Origin: a virus
Taxonomy: Duplodnaviria; Heunggongvirae; Uroviricota; Caudoviricetes
Length of the DNA: 64,000 nt
Direction: 5' to 3' (one strand)
IMG/VR virus record: IMGVR_UViG_3300005527_003200
Below, piece by piece: positions 26,142-35,790 of this stretch. The stretch's first letter is position 1, and each line of letters begins with the position of its first letter. Under the pieces are notes generated by a model. That model worked only from the letters and a program-made list of their open reading frames with translations. It did not search any database and was not told the DNA's origin. The translations under genes and the position numbers were made by a program.

Positions 26142-26251
26142 TTAGATCTCCTCCAAATGGTATTGTGAGTAGGGATAGTTCGCTTGCAACCATTCCAACA
26201 ATCCTTCTTCAACTGGAAATTGAATGTTGCCAGTATAATTAGTAATAATTA

Positions 26252-26662
26252 TCATACGCAAACTTCCTCTTTGAGATATCGTTTGAGTTCTTTGTCATTG
26301 GGTTCTACAGTATAGTTCTTCTTGAAAAAAATTTCATAACTATCACTGCCGTATTTGCCAATGCCGTACAAATCGGTAGCATCATCACCATTCCAAGTCA
26401 TGTAGTCTTGACTCATTTTTTTCAATCTGGTGTATCTTACATTAGCCATACCTAATGGTGCAATAATGCTTTTTACAAAATCTTCATCGGCTGCGATCAA
26501 TGCTTCCGGCGTTGGGAACCAGTATAAAAATTCTGGCAAGGTTGTTTTTACAGATTTGCGGCCTGTTTGATTCAACATGATCACTCCAACCATGTGTTCC
26601 CATGAGTTAGAGATTTGTTGTTGAACCATCAGATCATCTCGTAATGCATGAAAAAATATCAT
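26252..26662 (-). CDS. HhH-GPD superfamily (endonuclease-III-like) DNA-glycosylase-fold protein, short form without an FeS domain
   Basis: VIMLNQTGRKSV...LYGIGKYGSDSYEIF aligns by eye to the EndoIII VLLSAQATDVSV...LPGVGRKTANVV segment. Its start overlaps the FolE stop. Confidence 0.5.
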   Translation of the reverse strand: MIFFHALRDDLMVQQQISNSWEHMVGVIMLNQTGRKSVKTTLPEFLYWFPTPEALIAADEDFVKSIIAPLGMANVRYTRLKKMSQDYMTWNGDDATDLYGIGKYGSDSYEIFFKKNYTVEPNDKELKRYLKEEVCV

Positions 26663-27351
26663 CGTGGTGCAAAGTCCTGTTGTAGTTTGATGTTGTCAAA
26701 GAATTCTTTTTTTACACTTTGGTCTGATTTAAACGCACCGTGTAAAACTGTTGTTTGGGTGAGACTAGAGTGAGCCATGATACCGCGATTCTCACAACAA
26801 CCATGGGTAGCTTGTATATAAACTGCAACATCCTTGGACCCGGTCGCGAATTCAATTTCGCGAGCAATATCCATACATAGCTCTTCTTGGAGAGTGCCTC
26901 GACGGGCACACCATTGCGCAATCCTGGTATACTTGGATAGACCAATAAGTTTGGGGCCAGCAATGATTCCAATATAAGCCACACCCGTAACAGGCTGGTG
27001 ATGATGCGAACACATGCTCTTAAGCTCTGAACGCACCACAAGCATACCTTCGTATGCTCCGTCCGTATCGTTTGGGAAAGCCGTAGCATTAGGGCTCGTC
27101 TCATAGCGACCAGCCATAATTTCATTGAAGTACATTTTTGCAAGGCGTTGCGCCGTGCCTTGTGAGTTAGGATCATTTTCCCTGTCAATTAGTAGTGTAT
27201 CGAGAACTTGTTCAAATGCTTGAGTGGCCTCCATAATCAAATGTTCACGATCTGACTCAGCAACATAATCACTGATGTTGTCACCAGCCCAGAATCTCTT
27301 GCCGTCTGCCTTCATGCGTTCGCGAAGGACTTGTGATAGATTTTTTTCCAA
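26659..27351 (-). CDS. folE: GTP cyclohydrolase I (FolE)
   Basis: It carries SMCSHHH and IQATHGCCENRGI, matching the FolE Cys/His zinc site and the H.C...RG motif. Confidence 0.8.
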   Translation of the reverse strand: MEKNLSQVLRERMKADGKRFWAGDNISDYVAESDREHLIMEATQAFEQVLDTLLIDRENDPNSQGTAQRLAKMYFNEIMAGRYETSPNATAFPNDTDGAYEGMLVVRSELKSMCSHHHQPVTGVAYIGIIAGPKLIGLSKYTRIAQWCARRGTLQEELCMDIAREIEFATGSKDVAVYIQATHGCCENRGIMAHSSLTQTTVLHGAFKSDQSVKKEFFDNIKLQQDFAPR

Positions 27352-27418
27352 TTGTTATTCTCCGAGTTATAAGACGTGGATGTCTATGTGTTAATTGTAA
27401 ACTATTTAGATTGACTTG

Positions 27419-28129
27419 TCAATAGATTAATTGATTTGTGACCCATCTAATTAACCTATCTGCTATAACTTGATGGCCCAGTTGATTGGGATGGCCACCA
27501 CTACTGCTAAACAATTCATGTCCTCGTTCCATACTGGTAAATTTCACTCCCAGTATGTCAGCACAAGTTACCTTGCCATTCTCATACATGTATCTAGTGT
27601 CTACTTCAGACCAAAATTTTATCTTTTGCCAGCCAGCAACAAATAGTGCATTTACCCTGGCTTCTCTGCAAATTCCTTGCACAGTCAAGATAGCAGTGTT
27701 CACAGCATAATCGTGTGCGGCATCGCTAGAAAAATACTTGTAATACAATTCGTTTAGATTGTGTTCTGTGGGATTGGCATTGGGCACAGCCACTCCGTTG
27801 GGTTGCAAATGTACCAGCCGATCATGCCAGGTCATGTGACGTTGTTGAGAAGTCAAAAACACCAATACAGTGTACCTATTGTCTGGATTTTCTCTTTCAG
27901 TGCGGTACTTGTCTAAAAAGCCTTTGAGTTGCAACACTGTGTGAGGAATGCTGGATCCAGGTACTGCAACATTATCCACACTGGTCACATTCAAACGGTC
28001 ACCAATGATCTGGCCAAATGATTTTTCGCCTGGCTCAAGTTCTGCACCATATGCCCAACTGTCTCCTAAAATAGCAAGTCTATGAATCATTCTTATCAAA
28101 CTCTGTTTCCACGCGGCTGTACCAAGCAT
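27419..28129 (-). CDS. SGNH/GDSL-like hydrolase paralogue 3 (canonical GDSW block I)
   Basis: It has ILGDSWAYG at the N-terminus and GGHPNQLGH (DxxH-type) near the C-terminus. Confidence 0.6.
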   Translation of the reverse strand: MLGTAAWKQSLIRMIHRLAILGDSWAYGAELEPGEKSFGQIIGDRLNVTSVDNVAVPGSSIPHTVLQLKGFLDKYRTERENPDNRYTVLVFLTSQQRHMTWHDRLVHLQPNGVAVPNANPTEHNLNELYYKYFSSDAAHDYAVNTAILTVQGICREARVNALFVAGWQKIKFWSEVDTRYMYENGKVTCADILGVKFTSMERGHELFSSSGGHPNQLGHQVIADRLIRWVTNQLIY

Positions 28130-29081
28130 CTACGTCTCGTGCATATTCTCTCAACAGATTATAGTTGTTTTCAATGCGTGTGGACAACTGTTGTTTTAAC
28201 TCACAACATTGTCCCACAGTCAATTGATCTAGCCTGTGTATTTCTTTCAGCACAGCATGTAATCTCTGATCTTCATCTGTGATGTTGTCATAACTGTGTG
28301 TGACAATGTCATCAAACACATCAAACCCCAGTTTACGCACTTCAGCAACCAGACCAGGAACTGCAAACCAAATTGGAATTTGTCTCAAGCCAAATGCCTT
28401 GAATGTTTTTTCACTGATAAAATGACTGCGCCACACGCCAACATCAGACTGACTGCCAGACTCTGCAACAATATTGAACATGCAGGTTTTGAACATGCTG
28501 TTGGTTTGGTCATGTTCTAGCCCAGTTGATCGTTCCACAATCCCATCCAACAACAGCGGCAATTCTCTTGGTATAATTTCTCGGTATTCGTTGGTAATGT
28601 TATTGGCACCCATGCTACCAAAGCTGAGTCTGACACTAGAGATGTCCGTCAACCCAGCAGCAAGTCTAGCACGACTTATACTGGGCCTACGAATCAAACA
28701 CAAAAACTTTGTGTCAATGCCAGTAGCGGCACCAGACGCATCAAGACGATCAAACCAACCGGCAAAATTTGTTAGAAAAGTAGGTTGCGACAGTGCTTTG
28801 TACGAAAGGCCATCAACGTCAACCACAGCGTTGAATACCACCAGGATATCTTCAACTGGTAGTGTTTGCAAATACGTAATTAGATTGCCGATCACTTTGT
28901 CACACTGGCCTTCGGCTCTAAAATCTACTATGAGTTTTTTGCCGTGCAAGTCGGCTCGTGACATTCCGCTGGTTGCTAAATCTTGTTCTACTCTAGGACC
29001 AGGGTTATCAAGATACCATTGTGCCATGTGCAATGCACCATAATGCACAAGATTGCGTCTTGAAAAACTAAACCACTTCAT
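28080..29081 (-). CDS. Putative glycosyltransferase, GT10-like, paralogue C
   Basis: It has the C-terminal motif NIVAESGSQSD...SEKTFKAF...PIWFAVPG...LGFDVFDDIVTHSYD. Confidence 0.5.
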   Translation of the reverse strand: MKWFSFSRRNLVHYGALHMAQWYLDNPGPRVEQDLATSGMSRADLHGKKLIVDFRAEGQCDKVIGNLITYLQTLPVEDILVVFNAVVDVDGLSYKALSQPTFLTNFAGWFDRLDASGAATGIDTKFLCLIRRPSISRARLAAGLTDISSVRLSFGSMGANNITNEYREIIPRELPLLLDGIVERSTGLEHDQTNSMFKTCMFNIVAESGSQSDVGVWRSHFISEKTFKAFGLRQIPIWFAVPGLVAEVRKLGFDVFDDIVTHSYDNITDEDQRLHAVLKEIHRLDQLTVGQCCELKQQLSTRIENNYNLLREYARDVDAWYSRVETEFDKNDS

Positions 29082-29674
29082 TCAACAATCTTGATATTTC
29101 TTAGATCAGGATATGGCACATACACAGGTTTAGGATTGTGTTCCTTGACACCTTGTAGCAATGCCACACCTTGAATGGCATCTTCAATACTGGGCTTGTA
29201 GTGATAGCCCACATGAAATGTCTTTTGGTCCTGCCAAGGTGCCACAGTCAAGTCTCTGCCATCATAGCGTTGGCGCAATATGGTTTCATATGCTTTTTTA
29301 TCATCCAACAATATAGCACCACCATGCCCAATAGCCAATGGCTTTGTATGTCCAAAACTCAAACACTGCATGGTGCCTGGCCGATACATATCCTGTTCCA
29401 ATCTGCGAGCTGAGTCCCAAATTCTAGTGTAAGTGAATTCATACTCGCCTTCCCAATGCTGCCAGTCAATATCGTGATAGACATAGTGAATGCCTAACTT
29501 GTGCATGGTCATAGGAATGCTCAAATAAGTGTAAGGTGTAAACTTACAAGCTCGTACTCGATCATATCGCAAGCAAAGTTCAATGGCATGTGTACAGCAA
29601 TCAGTCATGATTGCATACGGTGCTCCTGTGAACTCTGCTAGTTCTTCTTCAAACTTTTTTATCTTGTCGAACAT
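29078..29674 (-). CDS. DegT/DnrJ/EryC1-like (sugar aminotransferase fold) protein, short form
   Basis: The N-terminal FEEELAEFTGAPYAIMTDCCTHAIELCL resembles the DegT N-terminus, and SFGHTKPLAIGHGGAIL resembles the Lys-PLP region. The internal segment is shortened. Confidence 0.45.
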   Translation of the reverse strand: MFDKIKKFEEELAEFTGAPYAIMTDCCTHAIELCLRYDRVRACKFTPYTYLSIPMTMHKLGIHYVYHDIDWQHWEGEYEFTYTRIWDSARRLEQDMYRPGTMQCLSFGHTKPLAIGHGGAILLDDKKAYETILRQRYDGRDLTVAPWQDQKTFHVGYHYKPSIEDAIQGVALLQGVKEHNPKPVYVPYPDLRNIKIVE

Positions 29675-30611
29675 ACCAGTTCCATGCGTGTTGAATCATG
29701 TCATCTAGCTCATAATGACGCCATGCTCCTGCTATCAAATTAAACTTTTCTGAACTGGCAGTAAGTACAGGAGGGTCACCGGCTCTACGCTTGCCAACAA
29801 CAACATTCAATGGTTGTTGTGTTTCATCAAGTGCGGCTTCAATAATGCCGTGATTGCTTGTGCCCATGCTGGAGCCAAGATTGTAAACGCCCGCAGGGAT
29901 TTTGTGATATAACGCCAGAACGTGGGCCCGGGCAATATCATCCACATGCACGTAATCACGCACACATGTACCATCCTCAGTGGGGAAATCGTTTCCGTTT
30001 AACACAAAATCTTTTTGATCCCTTATGCTTTCAAGCACTCTAGCAATAATATGTGTGGCACCAGGCTCTTGACCATGCCTGCCTTTGGGGTCTGCACCAC
30101 ATGCATTGAAATAGCGAAAACTAACATAGTCAAGACCGTATGCCCGGTGATAGCTTTCCAGCATCATGTCAATCATCAGTTTAGATTCGCCATAAGGACT
30201 AACAGGTTCGTTGGGATCCACTTCATGTATGGGATTCATGACGGGCTCACCGTATGTGGCTGCTGAACTTGAAAACACCAATCTACAACGAGGCATGCTT
30301 TGTTTAACAATATCCAACAACTTCAATGTTTTGGCCACATTGTTGTTGTAGTATTCTGAAGGGTTCTGTACTGAAGGCCCCACAAGGCTGGTGCCAGCAC
30401 AATGAATGATAGCATTGGGTTGCTTTTGTATGATCCAACTCAGTGCTACATCACTTGCAAAGTCCTGATACAAGAATCCATCGGGCACACCTCTAAGATG
30501 TTCAGGAGGCTGTCTGCGATCAATGCCGTATACTTCATGCCCGGCATCTTTCAATGCCAGCATGGTCTGACCACCAATGTACCCGGCTGATCCAGTTACA
30601 ATTACAATCAT
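29649..30611 (-). CDS. galE: UDP-sugar 4-epimerase (GalE-like NAD-dependent epimerase/dehydratase)
   Basis: It has a TGSAGYIGG Rossmann motif and a YGESK catalytic dyad region. Confidence 0.75.
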   Translation of the reverse strand: MIVIVTGSAGYIGGQTMLALKDAGHEVYGIDRRQPPEHLRGVPDGFLYQDFASDVALSWIIQKQPNAIIHCAGTSLVGPSVQNPSEYYNNNVAKTLKLLDIVKQSMPRCRLVFSSSAATYGEPVMNPIHEVDPNEPVSPYGESKLMIDMMLESYHRAYGLDYVSFRYFNACGADPKGRHGQEPGATHIIARVLESIRDQKDFVLNGNDFPTEDGTCVRDYVHVDDIARAHVLALYHKIPAGVYNLGSSMGTSNHGIIEAALDETQQPLNVVVGKRRAGDPPVLTASSEKFNLIAGAWRHYELDDMIQHAWNWYVRQDKKV

Positions 30612-31822
30612 TTTTCAATCTTTACAACTTGATATTTTTCGTGAGAAGCGTGGTCACGATAGCGGTTGCCCGCTCTATTCCATTGCTCACCGCTACCACT
30701 AATAATATCAATAACGCGATCCACAGTGGCATTGTTCCAATCTGAAATAAGTCCCATGTTGTGGTGCGGCTCGCGAAGTAGGTTTTGCATTTTGTGATAA
30801 GCATCATCTATGCTCCAGGGAATATACAGTCTATTGGGATCGTTCGCGAAGGTTTCAGGAAAACTGCGATACGCTGGATATAGCACATTGCATCCAACAG
30901 TATCGGCCTCTGATACGGTGTTTGAAACCCAATCTTGTAAAGCACAATTAAACAACACACGAGTATTGTTGAGATGACTATAGTATTCATTCTTGCTTAT
31001 ATTGTCGTAGATCTTGAGCTTGCCTTCTGCCTCCATACGGAGGGCACGTTCAATATAGTCTGGATTGTTGGATCGGAGAGGTCCGCCACTGTATATTGCA
31101 AACTCACACGGTTCGGAGGTAAGCTCACCATACATCTCAATAAGGTCCATGAAGAATCCAGGTTGTTTTTCCTGATCGAAACGGGCTGCAAAACCCACTC
31201 GTCTCGGTCTTTCAGCAAACGGCGTGATATTCTCTGTACCGCCAATTCTTTCCAGAACCTCTGATTTTCCAAATGCCAGACCGGAAATGTTGTAGATTGG
31301 AGCAGTCCATCCAGCGATGCGCATGTGCGCGACCATTTCTTCATTGGTAGCCAATACTGCACCCCCCGAGAAAGCCACCATCTCATTGACCATTTGTTCA
31401 TACAAGTTCATCCACTTTGCCATACCCCACACATGCACAAAGTCATCAGGATCAATGGCCTGTGCCAAACAACGAACATAAATCTTTGGACATTGTTCTT
31501 GTGGAATCTGATTCATGATGTAACCAAGGCTTTCAAAGCCCGGCTGGAACATGTCTTCAAAGTAGATCACATCGTCACCGGTAACATCGCCGTTCTTCAT
31601 GAGCTGAACCAAGTTCATCATTTGGCTCATGGCAAAGAAACTGCGTCCGTGTGCGTCTAACACTTGACCTACTGAGATAGCTTGTGTGTTGTCAATTGTA
31701 GTGCCAGGCACATACACAACATCAAGACCTCTGCGGTCAAACACACGTCGATTCCACTCTGTGAGTTGTAGTGTGTAGCGGGCTTCATAACTTTCCAAGC
31801 CCATGTAAAATAGTTTTCTCAT
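30608..31822 (-). CDS. GT-B-fold glycosyltransferase (GT4/GT1-like)
   Basis: The C-terminal domain carries an E..K-type motif (FAARFDQEKQPG). Confidence 0.55.
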   Translation of the reverse strand: MRKLFYMGLESYEARYTLQLTEWNRRVFDRRGLDVVYVPGTTIDNTQAISVGQVLDAHGRSFFAMSQMMNLVQLMKNGDVTGDDVIYFEDMFQPGFESLGYIMNQIPQEQCPKIYVRCLAQAIDPDDFVHVWGMAKWMNLYEQMVNEMVAFSGGAVLATNEEMVAHMRIAGWTAPIYNISGLAFGKSEVLERIGGTENITPFAERPRRVGFAARFDQEKQPGFFMDLIEMYGELTSEPCEFAIYSGGPLRSNNPDYIERALRMEAEGKLKIYDNISKNEYYSHLNNTRVLFNCALQDWVSNTVSEADTVGCNVLYPAYRSFPETFANDPNRLYIPWSIDDAYHKMQNLLREPHHNMGLISDWNNATVDRVIDIISGSGEQWNRAGNRYRDHASHEKYQVVKIEK

Positions 31823-32526
31823 TGATGTTCCTGTAAAAATTTTATCACTGTGGGTTTTAAATGTTCTGCAAACAGTACATTGCCTTTGAAGTTTGGATGA
31901 ACATTGTTGAACAAATCTTGTGTTTCAAGTTGTTTCCAAAAAAAGAATGTGTCCCACACACTGTCTACCAAACTTGGTTCTGGATCGATGTTAGGGGTTT
32001 CGTGCATGAACCTGTGTATAACTTCAGCACCCCAACAATGATGCATATCAAATTCTGTGCCATCGTTTAGTATAACACAAACCGACCCATTATTAATAGT
32101 CATTCCGGCTTTGTCTGCTAGAAATTTTTGCCAGGAAAGATGTCCTATAGTAATGTTTGGATAATTGCAATTAACAATGTCACTGTGTGCTCCAATTAAC
32201 AACACAGGTTTATTTAAACTGTTGATTTTGTTCAGACAAAATTGATTGCATTCTTCCCAAATATCTTTCCAGTCTGAACGCTGAATAAATTCTTTGAAAG
32301 TTAACTTAGTTGCATCTTGTAAACACAAAATAGGTTCATTATAGATCCAAATTACAGGTACATTAGGCGATCGTACCAATCTAATATAACTTCCCAACAC
32401 ACTAGTTCCAGATTGAGCATGGTCATAGAACTCAAACCCCCATTCCTTGGCAAGATTAGTTGTTGGTACATCCAGCGGCCAACTAGATGCCGCCCAACTT
32501 GGTCCAGTGTATGTAAATTTTTTCAT
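31819..32526 (-). CDS. SGNH-like paralogue 4 (degenerate block I)
   Basis: It shares a C-terminal pattern with the other paralogues. The ORF was trimmed to MKKFTY, downstream of the stop at 32534. Confidence 0.4.
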   Translation of the reverse strand: MKKFTYTGPSWAASSWPLDVPTTNLAKEWGFEFYDHAQSGTSVLGSYIRLVRSPNVPVIWIYNEPILCLQDATKLTFKEFIQRSDWKDIWEECNQFCLNKINSLNKPVLLIGAHSDIVNCNYPNITIGHLSWQKFLADKAGMTINNGSVCVILNDGTEFDMHHCWGAEVIHRFMHETPNIDPEPSLVDSVWDTFFFWKQLETQDLFNNVHPNFKGNVLFAEHLKPTVIKFLQEHQ

Positions 32527-32533
32527 CAGCCAC

Positions 32534-32761
32534 TTAGTTACGAAATGCTCCGGCAAAGCGACGAGTGTCTTCGTCCCACATGTTCTTGGCATTCTTGCCT
32601 TGTGAAAACTTGTTGAACTGCTGCCAGGCATAACTCTTAAAGTTATACAAATCGGCTTCGTTGTAACGATAACCGTAGTCTTGGCAGAACTCCTGGAAGT
32701 GCTCAAGATGCTCAAAGAGCTCGGCCACACGTGGGTTAGATTTAATAGCGATTTTTGCCAT
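32534..32761 (-). CDS. Hypothetical protein (75 aa)
   Basis: It is operon-consistent. Confidence 0.45.
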   Translation of the reverse strand: MAKIAIKSNPRVAELFEHLEHFQEFCQDYGYRYNEADLYNFKSYAWQQFNKFSQGKNAKNMWDEDTRRFAGAFRN

Positions 32762-32772
32762 TTTGTTTCCTA

Positions 32773-33216
32773 TTAGATAGCAATGTTAATACTAGGGCGG
32801 TGAGTTTCATACTTAATAAGAGCTCCGTTTTCACCATCTTCGGAGACCTCAATCCAGACTGAGCGTTCTGGATACCGTGCGGCAATTTGCAAATACAAAT
32901 CGTCTGACATCATTTCACATGACTTGTAGTCGAGTTGGACGGTTCCTGACTCGTAGAGTTTTTGTAGCCATCGTTTGAACTGGATGAATTCAATGTCTCG
33001 ATCATTGTGTACAACATCAATCCACACCCGGAAGTGGAAGATATGACGGTGAGGAGTACCAAGGAAACTAACATCATACTCATCGCCCGTCTTAAGGGCT
33101 GGATCTGTTGCGGCTGCGGGGTAGAAGTGGATGCCTTCTTTTTGGAAGGTAACCCAGATTCTTCTTTGTGCGGCATATTTGATTCTTTCAATTTGTTCAC
33201 GTTCATCTTGTATCAT
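32773..33216 (-). CDS. Hypothetical protein (147 aa)
   Basis: It is operon-consistent. Confidence 0.5.
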   Translation of the reverse strand: MIQDEREQIERIKYAAQRRIWVTFQKEGIHFYPAAATDPALKTGDEYDVSFLGTPHRHIFHFRVWIDVVHNDRDIEFIQFKRWLQKLYESGTVQLDYKSCEMMSDDLYLQIAARYPERSVWIEVSEDGENGALIKYETHRPSINIAI

Positions 33217-33746
33217 TTGATTACTTCATCCTTTGTGTATTGGTCCCAAGAGGTAAATGTTTTTCTATCCAGCAAGTCATGCAGGCTGTGACACCATACT
33301 CCTGGGTTGGTTGCTTTGAAATCTTTGTCGTCTAGCTTGATAGTGGCATTGTAGCCTAGCAGTTTAATATAAGGCAGTTTCACTGAAATCATAGGAACAA
33401 ATTGTGCTTGTTCGCACAAGCTACCTTCGCACAATCCTTCCACAGCACTTGAATCAAGATCCAAGGTACACCAGTATCCTCGATCCAGCCACGGTTGAAT
33501 CATCTGTTCCCAGGCAGTCCAGACTCCAGCATCGTTCATAGTGGGGTTTGGAAAACTTTGATTGGCGCCAAAGTAGATGTGTGTGATTGGATTTTTACTC
33601 TTGTGGTCTGACTCACCCAGTTGCCACATGATTTGATCTGCATCTTGCAGTCCGACCACAAACAATGTACGGTGACCGGCTACAGGACTGGCCTCAACTT
33701 CTGTACCTACAAAGAAATTGGTATCTTCGTGTCCGGGTCTATTCAT
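33213..33746 (-). CDS. Hypothetical protein (177 aa)
   Basis: It has ATGA overlaps at both ends. Confidence 0.5.
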   Translation of the reverse strand: MNRPGHEDTNFFVGTEVEASPVAGHRTLFVVGLQDADQIMWQLGESDHKSKNPITHIYFGANQSFPNPTMNDAGVWTAWEQMIQPWLDRGYWCTLDLDSSAVEGLCEGSLCEQAQFVPMISVKLPYIKLLGYNATIKLDDKDFKATNPGVWCHSLHDLLDRKTFTSWDQYTKDEVIK

Positions 33747-34720
33747 AATGTAATCTCAAATAAGTTAGATAAATGTTTGTTGTTTGCTTTTTTGTCTGTC
33801 TTAGTTTTTTTCATGCCAGGGTGTACCTTTTTATTTTTAAATTCAGTAGCATCAAAAATTGATCTTGGCACAAAGAAACGATCCATAACTCCAGATACTT
33901 TGGTATAACTTTTACCAAGGTCATTGCCGTTAAAATCACACATCACATAATCACCTAACCCCATCATAAGATTGATAATATCATTGCAAGTGTACCCAAA
34001 TCGTTTACAATGTGTATCTCGCAGTTCGACCTGAACCACGGGTTGATACTTAGCAATGGTTTGTGTTGCACCTTCTAATGCAAACAGTTCAGAACCTTCA
34101 ATATCAATCTTAATAAGATCAACATTTTCAAACCCAAAACTGTCAAGTGTGCGTTGCTCTGCAGTCTGTGTGGGATTGTTGGTAGTTTTGCCATCAAGTA
34201 ACACAGCATCACCGCGACTGCACTCGTTGGTTTTTTGTTCCATGGTAATAATTCCAGCGACTTTACCTAATGCATATTCAAAAAACTCAATCTCTCCTAT
34301 CAAGTCAAGACTGGCAAATGTGCCATTGGGGAACTTGAACCAGCCATCTGGACGATCCGGCTGATGTCTTACTTGTTGCAGTTTGCTATCCCAATAACGA
34401 CCTTGAAGTTTTGCATTTTTTGCAATGTCTACATTGAGTTTCATTAGTTCCATGCTAGACTGCATGGGCTCAAAGGTTTTTACATGTTGGCACCAGGTGG
34501 CATATTCAATTGCGTTCATGCCAATGTTGCCACCAATGTCAATTACAGTTCTTGCATTAGGTAGCAAGCGACGATTCATTACCAAATTGCGAGCCTGGTA
34601 TGGACCGTTTTCTCTTGCCATACGCTGTTCATAAAGTTTGTCATTGTCCCAGATCCAATATTGCCTGCCTATGCGGTTTGTTACTAGTTTTTTGTTGTTG
34701 ATATCAAATAGTTGTGCCAT
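33743..34720 (-). CDS. FkbM-family methyltransferase
   Basis: It carries VIDIGGNIGMNAIEYA and DLIKIDIEGSELFALEGA. Confidence 0.7.
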   Translation of the reverse strand: MAQLFDINNKKLVTNRIGRQYWIWDNDKLYEQRMARENGPYQARNLVMNRRLLPNARTVIDIGGNIGMNAIEYATWCQHVKTFEPMQSSMELMKLNVDIAKNAKLQGRYWDSKLQQVRHQPDRPDGWFKFPNGTFASLDLIGEIEFFEYALGKVAGIITMEQKTNECSRGDAVLLDGKTTNNPTQTAEQRTLDSFGFENVDLIKIDIEGSELFALEGATQTIAKYQPVVQVELRDTHCKRFGYTCNDIINLMMGLGDYVMCDFNGNDLGKSYTKVSGVMDRFFVPRSIFDATEFKNKKVHPGMKKTKTDKKANNKHLSNLFEITL

Positions 34721-34791
34721 GTTGTTGCCTTATAAAGAAATCCTGCATACATATTTAACAGTATACAGGATCACGAGAGAGAAAGCAAGAG

Positions 34792-35715
34792 TTACTTCTT
34801 CTTTTTCCAACGATCTTTGAAGGCATCAGGGCACCATCTGGTTGCAATTTCCATTGGATCATTTTGAGCCAATACATCTAATGCTTCAGGAGTCAAATCG
34901 ATTAACTTGCGTTCTGTCGAACCAGGAGTTATATTGTAGAGACTCTGCTTTGTTTCTTCCCTAACATCTTCAAAATTTGAATCAGGAAGATCTTCAAACA
35001 AGCAAATAAATTCCTTGTAGTAAGAATTACGATTCCATCTATTATAGGTTACTTCTTGTATTGTTGCATTGGTTACGTCAATGAATCTTCCGTCAACATA
35101 CTGTAACACTCCGTCGTTATATTTTTCAAACGGACGTAAATTTTCGTTAGTAGTGGGACCACCGTGTGTTCTTTCTGACGTATGAACGGTCGTTGCTAAA
35201 GCATGATTCATTGCATATCTAGCCATGTCTTTAGGGCTGACTCTCCTGCTGTTTTCGATCACTTCTCGAATTAAATCTTTTTCAATTTGTTTAATAGGAT
35301 ATGTGTGCTCGCAATGCCATTCATTGGCAAAGTTATCACCTGATAAACCGGCCAACCCTAGCTCATGCATTCTTCCAATGGCCTTGCCAGTGATTAGATC
35401 TGTACCGCTATTGCCGGTAGCATGTTGTAATCCCATAACATCTGAATGAAATTTTCTGATACCGCCATTACTCCAATGCACAGTGTCACCAGAAATGCTC
35501 GCCTGGTTATATTCAGGTCCTGCGGCAAAACCACCATTGAAAAATCTTTTGTAATAGCAATATTCTTTGAGTTCTTCGATTGTGCGGGCTTTAACATGAT
35601 TAGCAAATTTTCGCAAGTCGCCGGCCATAAATGCTAATCTTACACCGGCCGTTATAGCCTTTAGAACGGCTTTGTTGGGATCTTGTGCAAGTAGTTTCTG
35701 AATATTCAAAACCAA
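34792..35715 (-). CDS. Hypothetical protein (307 aa) immediately downstream of dpdA, with its own promoter
   Basis: No domain was recognised. The promoter at 35740-35768 precedes it. Confidence 0.55.
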   Translation of the reverse strand: MVLNIQKLLAQDPNKAVLKAITAGVRLAFMAGDLRKFANHVKARTIEELKEYCYYKRFFNGGFAAGPEYNQASISGDTVHWSNGGIRKFHSDVMGLQHATGNSGTDLITGKAIGRMHELGLAGLSGDNFANEWHCEHTYPIKQIEKDLIREVIENSRRVSPKDMARYAMNHALATTVHTSERTHGGPTTNENLRPFEKYNDGVLQYVDGRFIDVTNATIQEVTYNRWNRNSYYKEFICLFEDLPDSNFEDVREETKQSLYNITPGSTERKLIDLTPEALDVLAQNDPMEIATRWCPDAFKDRWKKKK

Positions 35716-35739
35716 CTCCTAAGTTGTTACAATGCACAC

Positions 35740-35768
35740 ACTATAACACAAGAACAATTTTGAGTCAA
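35740..35768 (-). promoter_or_regulatory. Sigma-70-like promoter: TTGACT, 17-bp spacer, TATAGT
   Basis: The minus strand reads tTTGACTcaaaattgttcttgtgtTATAGTgtgtgc. Confidence 0.55.
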
Positions 35769-35790
35769 TCAAATTGTTAAAATAAAAGTA

